DNA of 32,000 nt from Aliivibrio fischeri ES114 (GTDB lineage Bacteria; Pseudomonadota; Gammaproteobacteria; Enterobacterales; Vibrionaceae): NCBI RefSeq assembly GCF_000011805.1, contig NC_006841.2; one strand, given 5' to 3'. Under the pieces are notes generated by a model. The model was not told the DNA's origin. It was given only the letters and a program-made list of their open reading frames with translations, and did no database searches. Position 1 is the first letter of the stretch, and each line of letters begins with the position of its first letter. Below are positions 1-8,313 of this stretch, piece after piece. A program made the position numbers and the translations under genes.

Positions 1-173
1 TTAATACCAAAATAATCAATGGCATCTAACGTCCCTGTACCAATAACAACAACACGTTGAGGTTTTGTCTCAAGTGTCGTTTTGCCTAATTGATGAGAAA
101 CGGTAATCGTTTCAGCATAACTTGATGCAGAAACTAATAAACCAAATAACATTGTAGCGATACTTTTTTTCAT
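1..173 (-). CDS. Iron/siderophore ABC transporter periplasmic binding protein, FatB/YclQ-like; N-terminal part only, gene runs off the left edge
   Basis: Reverse strand from ATG at 173 reads MKKSIATMLFGLLVSASSYAETITVSHQLGKTTLETKPQRVVVIGTGTLDAIDYFGI. This is a signal peptide followed by the typical 'T..TLGT..V..+P++VVV....LD.ID..GI' start of siderophore-binding proteins. Not in the ORF track because it is partial. Confidence 0.7.
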   Translation of the reverse strand, partial: MKKSIATMLFGLLVSASSYAETITVSHQLGKTTLETKPQRVVVIGTGTLDAIDYFGI

Positions 174-215
174 ATTCTTTACACTCAAGTGATAACTATT
201 CGTATTTCGATTCAC

Positions 216-234
216 TATAATGAAAATGGTTATT
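216..234. promoter_or_regulatory. Candidate Fur box
   Basis: tataatgaaaatggttatt matches GATAATGATAATCATTATC at 14/19 positions (hand alignment). It lies 43 bp upstream of the ATG of the iron-binding protein. Confidence 0.5.
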
Positions 235-327
235 ATTAACCAGAATAAAAAAGTAAAGATTGTAAAGGCGTAAAAAATATAAGGCTATTAGAAGAGAGTT
301 GAGATAATTGCGGTTCTATAGGCAATA

Positions 328-362
328 AAAAAGGCCATTATAGGGGGAATGATAATGGCCTT
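328..362 (-). terminator. Rho-independent terminator for leftward transcription, downstream of the 80-aa ORF
   Basis: Perfect 11-bp stem aaggccattat (331-341) / ataatggcctt (352-362), followed on the minus strand by TTTTTTATTG. Confidence 0.75.
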
Positions 363-384
363 AAAAATACATAGCTGGTTTTCT

Positions 385-627
385 TTAGTGCAAGTGTCTC
401 TTCGTTACTTCACATGAAAGAGTCTCATGATCAAACAAGAAACGAAACGCGTGCGAGTTAAAATATTTCCCGTCACTCCATAACACTTCACCAAAGATCT
501 TGCAGAGATCCATGTCTGAAGCTGAACCTTTCTTATCGATTAATCCAATAACAGATAAAACTTGGCTCTCTATATCCTTGGGACAATTTTTAATTGACCA
601 TTTATGAGTCATACTCATTTTTTCCAT
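385..627 (-). CDS. Hypothetical protein, 80 aa
   Basis: Open frame MEKMSMTHKWSIKNC..., followed by a good terminator. No family recognised and only a weak RBS. Confidence 0.4.
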   Translation of the reverse strand: MEKMSMTHKWSIKNCPKDIESQVLSVIGLIDKKGSASDMDLCKIFGEVLWSDGKYFNSHAFRFLFDHETLSCEVTKRHLH

Positions 628-818
628 AATAATAACTAGCCTAATGTGTTTTTATTTATTGTGCTCAAGTCACAAAACACAGTTTAACCCAATGATAACT
701 TAAATCAAGCTTTTTTGTGACTTAAGTCTCACAAAGTGAAATTACTGACAAATTATAGAAGTATAAATAATCAAAAATGAGATCTTTATCATTGATATTT
801 TACATATTTAACACATAA

Positions 819-850
819 AAAAGGCGCTGTATTAATACAAACGCCTTTGA
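819..850 (-). terminator. Rho-independent terminator for leftward transcription, downstream of the glutaredoxin-like gene
   Basis: aaaggcg-c-tgtat-ta-ataca-aa-cgccttt stem, followed on the minus strand by a T-run (ttttttatg). Confidence 0.7.
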
Positions 851-885
851 ATTACCACTTTAGTATTAATGCAAGCTGTTGGTAT

Positions 886-1248
886 TTAAGGATATTTACT
901 TTCTAAGAATGACATTATATCGGCAGACTCATACATCCATTGTGTTTCACCATTTTCATTATCAATACGCAAGCATGGTACTTTTATTCTTCCACCTCCC
1001 GCTAACAAAGCGGCTCTGTGCTCTTCATTATGTTTTGCATCTCGTAATTCAATGTTCAGTGATTGACGTTTAATCGTTCGACGCACTTTCACACAAAAAG
1101 GACACGCTTCAAATTGGTACAAAGAATACTTTGCTGTTTCTGCATCAATTTCAGTCTGTTTAGCAGGATCTCGCTTAACTCCTGAAGGAGAAAATACACA
1201 ATCCAAACCTAAAATAACCTTACCAAGCACGAAACGAATGACTTTCAT
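886..1248 (-). CDS. Glutaredoxin/GST N-terminal domain protein
   Basis: YSLYQFEACPFCVKVRRTIKRQSLNIELRDAK...GGGRIKVPCLRID shows the CPFC redox motif and 'VPCL' cis-Pro region of the glutaredoxin fold. The ORF track starts at 1284, but AGGAGAGTAAAC directly before the internal ATG at 1248 supports the shorter start. Confidence 0.85.
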   Translation of the reverse strand: MKVIRFVLGKVILGLDCVFSPSGVKRDPAKQTEIDAETAKYSLYQFEACPFCVKVRRTIKRQSLNIELRDAKHNEEHRAALLAGGGRIKVPCLRIDNENGETQWMYESADIMSFLESKYP

Positions 1249-1372
1249 GTTTACTCTCCTAAATAATGCATCAATAGCTAACAACGTTGAGCAAATAGAT
1301 GTTAACTAATGTGAAATATAATAATTATTGTTTTAAAGTTACTGGATTGTAACAGTTTTATTTATATAAAAA

Positions 1373-1405
1373 AAAGCCTCAAAAGAAATCATCTTATGAG
1401 GCTTT
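1373..1405 (-). terminator. Rho-independent terminator downstream of putP
   Basis: aaagcctca (1373-1381) / tgaggcttt (1397-1405), followed on the minus strand by a long T-tract. Confidence 0.75.
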
Positions 1406-1433
1406 AAGTTTATCGTTGTTAAAAAGCTAGAAC

Positions 1434-2930
1434 TTATTCAAACTCAACTAGGTTACGTTCAAACTCTTCATGCTGTTTTAGTACTTTATCTTCAGGCTTA
1501 CCAGTTAACTTACTAACGACAATAATCGCAATAGTTGCAAAGATAATTCCAGGAACAATCTCATAGACATCAAATAAACCGCCAGTTAATTGCTTCCAAA
1601 CAACAATTGTTACACCACCAACGATAATGCCAGCAAGAGCACCATTACGATTCATTCCTTTCCAATAAAGGCTAAGTACAATCGCTGGACCAAATGCAGC
1701 ACCAAAACCTGCCCATGCGTAAGATACGAGACCAAGAACAGAACTATCAGGATTCATTGCTAATAATAGAGCGATAACAGACAAAGCAACGACAGCGAAA
1801 CGACCCACATTAACGATCTCTTTGCTTGTTGCGTCTTTCTTAACCAGTTGCTTATATAAATCTTCTGATAACGCCGAAGAAGATACAAGTAATTGCGAAT
1901 CCGCAGTACTCATTATTGCCGCTAAAATAGCAGCTAATAAAATACCAGCAACAACCGGATGGAAAATGGCATTTACTAACAGCATAAATACTTTTTCACC
2001 ATCAATCGTCTCACCAGGCATAGAACCTGTTACATATAGTAAACCAACAAGACCAACAAGTACGGCGCCAAACATGGATAGAGCGGTCCATGCAACGGCA
2101 ATACGACGCGCTGTCGTTAAATCTTTATTTGTACGAGATGCTTGGAAACGAGCCAAAATATGTGGTTGTCCAAAATAACCAAGTCCCCATGCCACTAATG
2201 AAATAATTGCAATCGCACTTAATGGTTTGCCATCCATTCCTGTCCATAAAGTCATTAACTCAGGGTTAATTGCGACAAGCTCTGAACTCAATTGTCCGAA
2301 GCCACCTTGCATAGCTGCAATAGGTACAATCATCAACGCAGCAGACATTAAAAGGCCTTGAACAAGATCGGTCCATGCAACAGCTAAAAATCCACCGAAT
2401 AAGGTATATGAGACGACACATAATGTTCCAATTACCACAGCCACTTTGTAATCTAAACCAAATACAGTCTCAAATAACTTACCACCAGCAACCAAACCAG
2501 AACTCGTATAGAAAAGGAAGAAAAGTAAAATGAATAGAGCAGAAATGGTTTGAATGAGTTTCGATTTGTCATTAAAACGACGGGACAAAAATTCAGGAAG
2601 AGTTAATGAGTCATCCGTTGTCATGCTATAGGTTCTTAAGCGTTTTGCACAAATTAACCAGTTTAGCCATGTACCAACAAGTAAACCACCAGCAAGCCAC
2701 AACGACTCTAAACCAGCTGCATAAGCATAACCAGGTAAACCAAGCAGTAACCAACCACTCATATCTGACGCACCAGCTGACAATGCTGCCGGCCATGGAC
2801 CTAATGTTCGTCCACCCAAAAAGTAATCTGATGAGCTACTCGTTCGTTTATATGCGTATACCCCAATCGCTAACATCATTATCAAGTAAGCGATAAAAGT
2901 GCCTGTAATGGCAAAGTTATTTTCAATCAT
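1434..2930 (-). CDS. putP: Sodium/proline symporter
   Basis: 498 aa SSS-family transporter: SDYFLGGRTLGPWPAALSAGASDMSGWLLLGLPGYAYAAG... is typical of PutP. Next to putA. Confidence 0.95.
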   Translation of the reverse strand: MIENNFAITGTFIAYLIMMLAIGVYAYKRTSSSSDYFLGGRTLGPWPAALSAGASDMSGWLLLGLPGYAYAAGLESLWLAGGLLVGTWLNWLICAKRLRTYSMTTDDSLTLPEFLSRRFNDKSKLIQTISALFILLFFLFYTSSGLVAGGKLFETVFGLDYKVAVVIGTLCVVSYTLFGGFLAVAWTDLVQGLLMSAALMIVPIAAMQGGFGQLSSELVAINPELMTLWTGMDGKPLSAIAIISLVAWGLGYFGQPHILARFQASRTNKDLTTARRIAVAWTALSMFGAVLVGLVGLLYVTGSMPGETIDGEKVFMLLVNAIFHPVVAGILLAAILAAIMSTADSQLLVSSSALSEDLYKQLVKKDATSKEIVNVGRFAVVALSVIALLLAMNPDSSVLGLVSYAWAGFGAAFGPAIVLSLYWKGMNRNGALAGIIVGGVTIVVWKQLTGGLFDVYEIVPGIIFATIAIIVVSKLTGKPEDKVLKQHEEFERNLVEFE

Positions 2931-3039
2931 TTTATTTCCTTTGTGTTATTGGCAGTAATTAACGTCACTCTTGTTATGTTGAGCTTTGCTCTATAGTTAT
3001 GGCGCAAAAATGACGGTGTAATATTCATCCTATTGAATA

Positions 3040-3747
3040 TCAGTGGTTACCACCTCCAAGTTCCAGCAGCGTAGCGTTACCACCTACCGCTGTAACATTA
3101 ATTGTTCGAGTGCGCTCAGTAATAAAGCGTAGAACAAAATGAGGATCAGTAATTGTCGTTAAACCTTCTTGATCCGTTTCTGCGATCAATTGCGCTAATA
3201 ATCCATCCCTTTGTGCTAATTGTTGATTCAATTCAATTGCTTTTTGAATATCTCCAACAAAACAGACACCAGCTAACCGCTCATCATTTATGTCTACTGC
3301 TTCTCTATCCACTTGCTGAACGGTAGATTCAGGAACATTCACCTCATGCAAGCTACTAACAATATCAGAAGTCACTTCAGAGTCTTCATCCGAAAGGGCG
3401 ACAATAATAGCGTTTCCGGCTACTAATGCTGCAGTTATTTGACCAATCAATGCAACAACCGATGCTTTTTTATCCGATGTGATGTAAAAAACACCTCTTG
3501 GAGCGGTATAAAGTTCATTACTTTCACCTGTAGGTCCGGGCATTAACTCAACGTCAGTGATAAGTTGTTGCGCTCGCTGACATTGATATCGAACCATTTT
3601 AGCCGCAAGTACACCAAAATGTGGATTCTCAGCTAACTGATTGGCCCAAGTAAGTAATTTTTCAATTCGAAATGATGCTGACTCAGATTGCCACTCAGTC
3701 AATCCTTGAGAAAGCACTGAATCAATGATTTGTGTCATTTTAGTCAT
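3040..3747 (-). CDS. Standalone protein corresponding to the C-terminal ALDH-superfamily domain of type B PutA
   Basis: Contains MPGPTGESNELYTAPRGVFYI, ALIGQITAALVAGNAIIV, and ends RTRTINVTAVGGNATLLELG. These parallel the C-terminal domain of long PutA proteins. The track starts at 3765, but AAGGAG lies just before the internal ATG at 3747 (MTKMTQ...), making that the likely start. Confidence 0.85.
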   Translation of the reverse strand: MTKMTQIIDSVLSQGLTEWQSESASFRIEKLLTWANQLAENPHFGVLAAKMVRYQCQRAQQLITDVELMPGPTGESNELYTAPRGVFYITSDKKASVVALIGQITAALVAGNAIIVALSDEDSEVTSDIVSSLHEVNVPESTVQQVDREAVDINDERLAGVCFVGDIQKAIELNQQLAQRDGLLAQLIAETDQEGLTTITDPHFVLRFITERTRTINVTAVGGNATLLELGGGNH

Positions 3748-3761
3748 GGAGATCTCCTTTC

Positions 3762-6700
3762 TCATTTTGAAGTCGTTGTATTTGCTTTTGTATAACGAAT
3801 TAAATAACGAGGCCCACCCGCTTTAGGTCCAGTCCCCGATAACCCTTGCCCACCAAACGGTTGAACACCAACGACTGCACCAACTTGATCACGATTGATA
3901 TAGCAATTACCCACTTTGATGTTTTTCTCTATTCGTGTGTATGTCACTTCATTACGGCTATGGACCCCCATGGTTAACCCAAATCCGGTCGAATTAATCT
4001 CAGAAATGACCTTATCTATATCACTGGCTTTAAAACGAACAATATGAAGAATCGGACCAAATTGTTCATTTTCTAATTGTTTAATTGATTCAATTTCAAA
4101 CGCACTTGGTGGAACAAAATCGCCCTTTTCAGACCAATTAGGTAGTTCAGCTTGTGCAACCAGTACACCTTCTTTTGTCATTCTTTCAATGTGCGCCATC
4201 AATTTATCTTTCGCACGCACATCAATAACTGGCCCAACATCAGTACAGTGTAACTCAGGCAATCCGACACTTAGCTCAGCCATTGCCCCTTTAATAAGAT
4301 TGATAATTCTATCGGCAATATCTTGTTGAACAAACAACACACGTAAAGCTGAACAACGCTGACCGGCAGAAGCAAACGCTGAACGTATTACATCTCGTAC
4401 CACTTGTTCAGGTAATGCGGTACTGTCTACTATCATGGCATTTTGGCCACCCGTTTCAGCAATAAAAGGCACAGGAGAAACCCCTTCCCCCTCAATTGAC
4501 CGGTTCGCTAAGGTGCGATTGATAAGTTGTGCAGTTTCAGTTGAACCTGTAAAAGCAACACCAGCCACACGATGATCAGAGGTCAATGGAGCACCGACGG
4601 TTTTCCCATCACCCGGTAATAAATGTACCGCTTGCGGAGCTATTCCCGTCTCTAACAACAATTCAATAGCTCGAACTGCAATCAATGACGTTTGTTCTGC
4701 TGGCTTAGCTATAACCGTATTACCAGCAACTAATGCTGCTGTTACTTGACCTAAGAAAATGGCAAGAGGGAAATTCCAAGGGCTAATACAAACAAAAACA
4801 CCTCGCCCTTGACGTTCAATTTGGCGAGAAATATCATCAAAACCAACGATGGTTTCTGCCGTTGTAAAATTCAATTTAGCTTGAACAGCATAATAACGGC
4901 AAAAATCCACCGCCTCACGCACTTCATCAATACTATCATGAATCGTTTTTCCTGCTTCTTTATGACATAAAGCGACAAGTTCAGGCATGTTCATCTCTAA
5001 CTTATCTGCCAGAGCTTCAAGGTAATCAGCTCGCTCTGCCACTGGCGTTTGCTGCCAAATAGGAAAGTAATCATGAGCAATATCTAACGCATTGGATACT
5101 TGCTCTTGTGAACTCCAGACCAATGAGCCAACGTCATTTCCACGATCATAAGGAGAGTTAATAACATGAAGTGCAGAACCATGTTCCTTGATCATGCTTT
5201 CGTAATCTCGGATGTTGCTCACGATTGGACCACCTTGCCAATACGTTTTCATTTGTTCTTTTACTTGACGTTCAAATGGATGGGCTTCACTTTCAACATC
5301 TAAGTTAATGCTGTATGAATTTTTACGATCAGAGAAAATATATGGCGGTAGCGGAATTAATTGATTCTCTAATGATGGACACGCTAATAAAGAATCAACA
5401 GGGTGAACCGTTAAGCTTTCAATCGGACAATTCGCATCAACCAAACGATGAACAAAAGAGCTGTTAGCTCCATTCTCTAATAAACGTCTTACGAGGTATG
5501 GCAATAAATCTTTATGGCTTCCTACTGGTGCATAAATACGAACACTGCGGTTAAACATGTCCATAGCGTGTTCATAAAGTGCATCTCCCATACCATGCAG
5601 CCGTTGAAATTCGAATTCATCATGTGTTGCCATAGAGGCAATGGCGGCAACCGTGTGTGCATTATGACTAGCAAACTGTGGAAAAATCTTACCTTTTACA
5701 TGCTCGCTTAATAAGTAACGAGCGCAAGCTAAATAAGATACGTCAGTGGCCTCTTTACGAGTAAAGACAGGATATCGTGCAAATCCAAACTGTTGAGATA
5801 ATTTTAATTCCGTATCCCAATAGGCACCTTTTACTAACCTAAGTGGAATGAGGTCTTCTTGTTCTTTTGATAACGCCGTTAACCATACTAAAACCGGCAA
5901 CGCTCGTTTCGAATAAGCTTGAACAACCAGTCCGAACTTTCCCCACCCTTTTACTATGTCGCTACGATATAACTTTTCAAAAAGCTCAAGAGATAACTCT
6001 AAACGATCCATTTCTTCTGCATCGATAGTAATACCCACATCCAATTCTCGTGCACGTTCTAATAATTGCAGCACAGATTGGTACATCTCATTCATGACTC
6101 GTTCTTTATTTGCAACTTCATAACGAGGATGCAATGCTGACAATTTGATTGAAACCGTTGGTTCTGGAGAATTCGCAATACTTGCAGCACGACCAACGCT
6201 TTCAATAGCCATGATGTAATCTTTAAAATACTTATGAGCATCCGTTTGCGTTAATGCCGCTTCACCTAGCATATCGAAAGAATAGGTATACCCTTTCTCT
6301 CGCATCGATAATCCTTTTTTCTGAGCTTCTTCTATGGTTCGCCCAAGCACAAACTGATGCCCCATTATTTTCATGGCTTGATTCATTGCTTGACGGATCA
6401 CAGGCTCTGAAAATTTATTAACGAGTCGACTCAAGGCATTAGATGGAGAACCATCAGCTTTGACATCCATAGATACAACTTTACCCGTTAAAAGAAGCCC
6501 CCACGTAGAAGCATTAACAAAAGTAGAATCTGAGTTTTTTAAATGAGACTTCCAATCTGCAACACTCAATTTATCTCGAATTAATGCATCCGCTGTTTCA
6601 GCATCAGGAATACGCATTAGCGCCTCAGCAAGACACATTAATAATATGCCTTCCTTAGTATCTAAACTGTACTCGAGCAAAAGTGCATCTATCATTTGCA

Positions 6701-6938
6701 CCGCTTTTTTGTCATCACGAACACGCTGTATCAGTATCGCTGCGTGTTTTTCCATCATAACGGCTTCACGGTCTGTTGGTTTAGCTAATGGTAATAGCTG
6801 GTGCAGCCATTTGGCTTCATCAACCATGTAGAGAGGAGAAATAGCAGACCATAATGATTCTAACGGTTGCTCAATTATAGATGAGGACAATACTTCTTTC
6901 GCTTGAAACATACCTGTTTCCTCTTGTTTATCTGACAT
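3762..6938 (-). CDS. putA: Bifunctional proline dehydrogenase / L-glutamate gamma-semialdehyde dehydrogenase, 1058 aa
   Basis: PRODH domain (EPTVSIKLSALHPRYE, RLVKGAYWDTELK) and ALDH domain (CISPWNFPLAIFLGQVTAALVAGNTVIAKPAEQT, GQRCSALRVLFVQ). No N-terminal ribbon-helix-helix domain is apparent, and the protein ends at YLIRYTKANTTTSK. Confidence 0.96.
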   Translation of the reverse strand: MSDKQEETGMFQAKEVLSSSIIEQPLESLWSAISPLYMVDEAKWLHQLLPLAKPTDREAVMMEKHAAILIQRVRDDKKAVQMIDALLLEYSLDTKEGILLMCLAEALMRIPDAETADALIRDKLSVADWKSHLKNSDSTFVNASTWGLLLTGKVVSMDVKADGSPSNALSRLVNKFSEPVIRQAMNQAMKIMGHQFVLGRTIEEAQKKGLSMREKGYTYSFDMLGEAALTQTDAHKYFKDYIMAIESVGRAASIANSPEPTVSIKLSALHPRYEVANKERVMNEMYQSVLQLLERARELDVGITIDAEEMDRLELSLELFEKLYRSDIVKGWGKFGLVVQAYSKRALPVLVWLTALSKEQEDLIPLRLVKGAYWDTELKLSQQFGFARYPVFTRKEATDVSYLACARYLLSEHVKGKIFPQFASHNAHTVAAIASMATHDEFEFQRLHGMGDALYEHAMDMFNRSVRIYAPVGSHKDLLPYLVRRLLENGANSSFVHRLVDANCPIESLTVHPVDSLLACPSLENQLIPLPPYIFSDRKNSYSINLDVESEAHPFERQVKEQMKTYWQGGPIVSNIRDYESMIKEHGSALHVINSPYDRGNDVGSLVWSSQEQVSNALDIAHDYFPIWQQTPVAERADYLEALADKLEMNMPELVALCHKEAGKTIHDSIDEVREAVDFCRYYAVQAKLNFTTAETIVGFDDISRQIERQGRGVFVCISPWNFPLAIFLGQVTAALVAGNTVIAKPAEQTSLIAVRAIELLLETGIAPQAVHLLPGDGKTVGAPLTSDHRVAGVAFTGSTETAQLINRTLANRSIEGEGVSPVPFIAETGGQNAMIVDSTALPEQVVRDVIRSAFASAGQRCSALRVLFVQQDIADRIINLIKGAMAELSVGLPELHCTDVGPVIDVRAKDKLMAHIERMTKEGVLVAQAELPNWSEKGDFVPPSAFEIESIKQLENEQFGPILHIVRFKASDIDKVISEINSTGFGLTMGVHSRNEVTYTRIEKNIKVGNCYINRDQVGAVVGVQPFGGQGLSGTGPKAGGPRYLIRYTKANTTTSK

Positions 6939-7097
6939 GATTAACTATAAAGACAGAGCCTCATAGCTAAGCTAGTTATTATTAGAGTTTATTGCGAAAG
7001 ATTCTATTTTCTATTTAGTCTGAATACTTGTCAAAACCTCCGATTTAATTGTTAAATCATCCATACGGTTACAAAATGAGAACAAAAGCAGTAATTT

Positions 7098-7883
7098 TTA
7101 ATTACGAATAAAGTTCATATTACGGTAGTGACTGGGAGAATCTCCCACTTTTTTCATAAAAGCATGGCTAAAAGCACTTTGATTAGCAAAACCTGCTTGT
7201 TGTGCAATTTCACCTACAGTAAGGGTACTTTCTCTTAATAATTTCTTTGAGTACTCAATACGCTTTGTAACGATATACTGATGTGGTGTTAAACCAAATT
7301 CTTGCTTAAAAATGGCATAAAATTGACTCTCTCCTAAAAAAACAGTGCTTGCTAACTGTGCAATTGTGATCTTAGTTCCGAGATGTAGTGTTATAAAATT
7401 GTCGATCACATCTGGATTTAAACGTTTTATTTTTTTTGCTGAATTTTCATCAATTAAATGACGCTCTAACAGGGAAATTATCGTGTTACTGCATGTTCTG
7501 CTTAATAAATGATCGTCAATATTTGATTGTATTTCACATACCAATAATTGAATTAAGTGCTGAATTTGACTGTCAAGCTGATAATAGCCCATTTTACTAA
7601 ACAATTTTTTAACTCTTGATGCTAATTCATCATCAGTAAAAAACTGAGGAAAATTAAGGACTAATATTTCTGATTGATACAAACTTAAAAAAGCATGCTC
7701 TTGATTCGCCGGAATAACTGCCACTTTACCAGCATAAATAACACTTAAATTATTATTTATTTCAAACTCAGCTTGCCCTTTCAAACCTATCACTAATTGA
7801 TGATAGTGATGAGAATGCAGTTCTCTTTCTTCCGGCAACATTATGATTTGGGTTGGTGAAATCCAGTCAATTTCCATCATCAA
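7098..7883 (-). CDS. AraC-family transcriptional regulator, probable proline-utilisation regulator (PutR-like)
   Basis: C-terminal AraC HTH: TIAQLASTVFLGESQFYAIFKQEFGLTPHQYIVTKRIEYSKKLLRESTLTVGEIAQQAGFANQSAFSHAFMKKVGDSPSHYR. The put role is inferred from adjacency. Confidence 0.9.
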   Translation of the reverse strand: MMMEIDWISPTQIIMLPEERELHSHHYHQLVIGLKGQAEFEINNNLSVIYAGKVAVIPANQEHAFLSLYQSEILVLNFPQFFTDDELASRVKKLFSKMGYYQLDSQIQHLIQLLVCEIQSNIDDHLLSRTCSNTIISLLERHLIDENSAKKIKRLNPDVIDNFITLHLGTKITIAQLASTVFLGESQFYAIFKQEFGLTPHQYIVTKRIEYSKKLLRESTLTVGEIAQQAGFANQSAFSHAFMKKVGDSPSHYRNMNFIRN

Positions 7884-8313
7884 TCCATTTAACTCATCTA
7901 ATCTGATTTAAATTCAGTTTAACCAAGATCATAAAAACAATCTATCTATAACCACTACATGAAAGCATGATCATGATTAAACATTTTACTGCCAATGTAT
8001 TTCCTATTTATAAATGACGGACACCTCAGTACAACAAACAATCAAAGCTCTTTAATTACAAATAGTTACAATCAAATATCAAAACTAAGAATATATCGTC
8101 TCATTAATTAACTTGATCATGCTTTCATATTATCGAAACAATGATCAAGGTTAACAGATTAGATTATATAAATTACATACTATTTTGGTATAAATTTTGC
8201 TTAATACTTAATGTTAAATCTATGAATAACAGATACTCATCTGCATAGATCATTTACTACATGAAAAGTGAAATATGTAGATCAGTATCAGAATACGTGA
8301 ACGAAATTTATTT

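Noticed and set aside
1822-2178. 118-aa ORF antisense to putP
   Set aside because: Fully inside putP on the opposite strand, low-complexity shadow ORF with no RBS or family match.
3040-3765. Frameshifted or degraded C-terminus of putA (pseudogene)
   Set aside because: The small ORF is intact, has its own RBS and start, and ends with a well-preserved C-terminal motif. PutA also ends cleanly. A split gene is the simpler reading, though a sequencing frameshift should still be excluded.
3040-7883. Metabolic island containing a new pathway
   Set aside because: All members fit ordinary proline uptake and catabolism plus an AraC-type regulator. Only the split PutA arrangement is notable.
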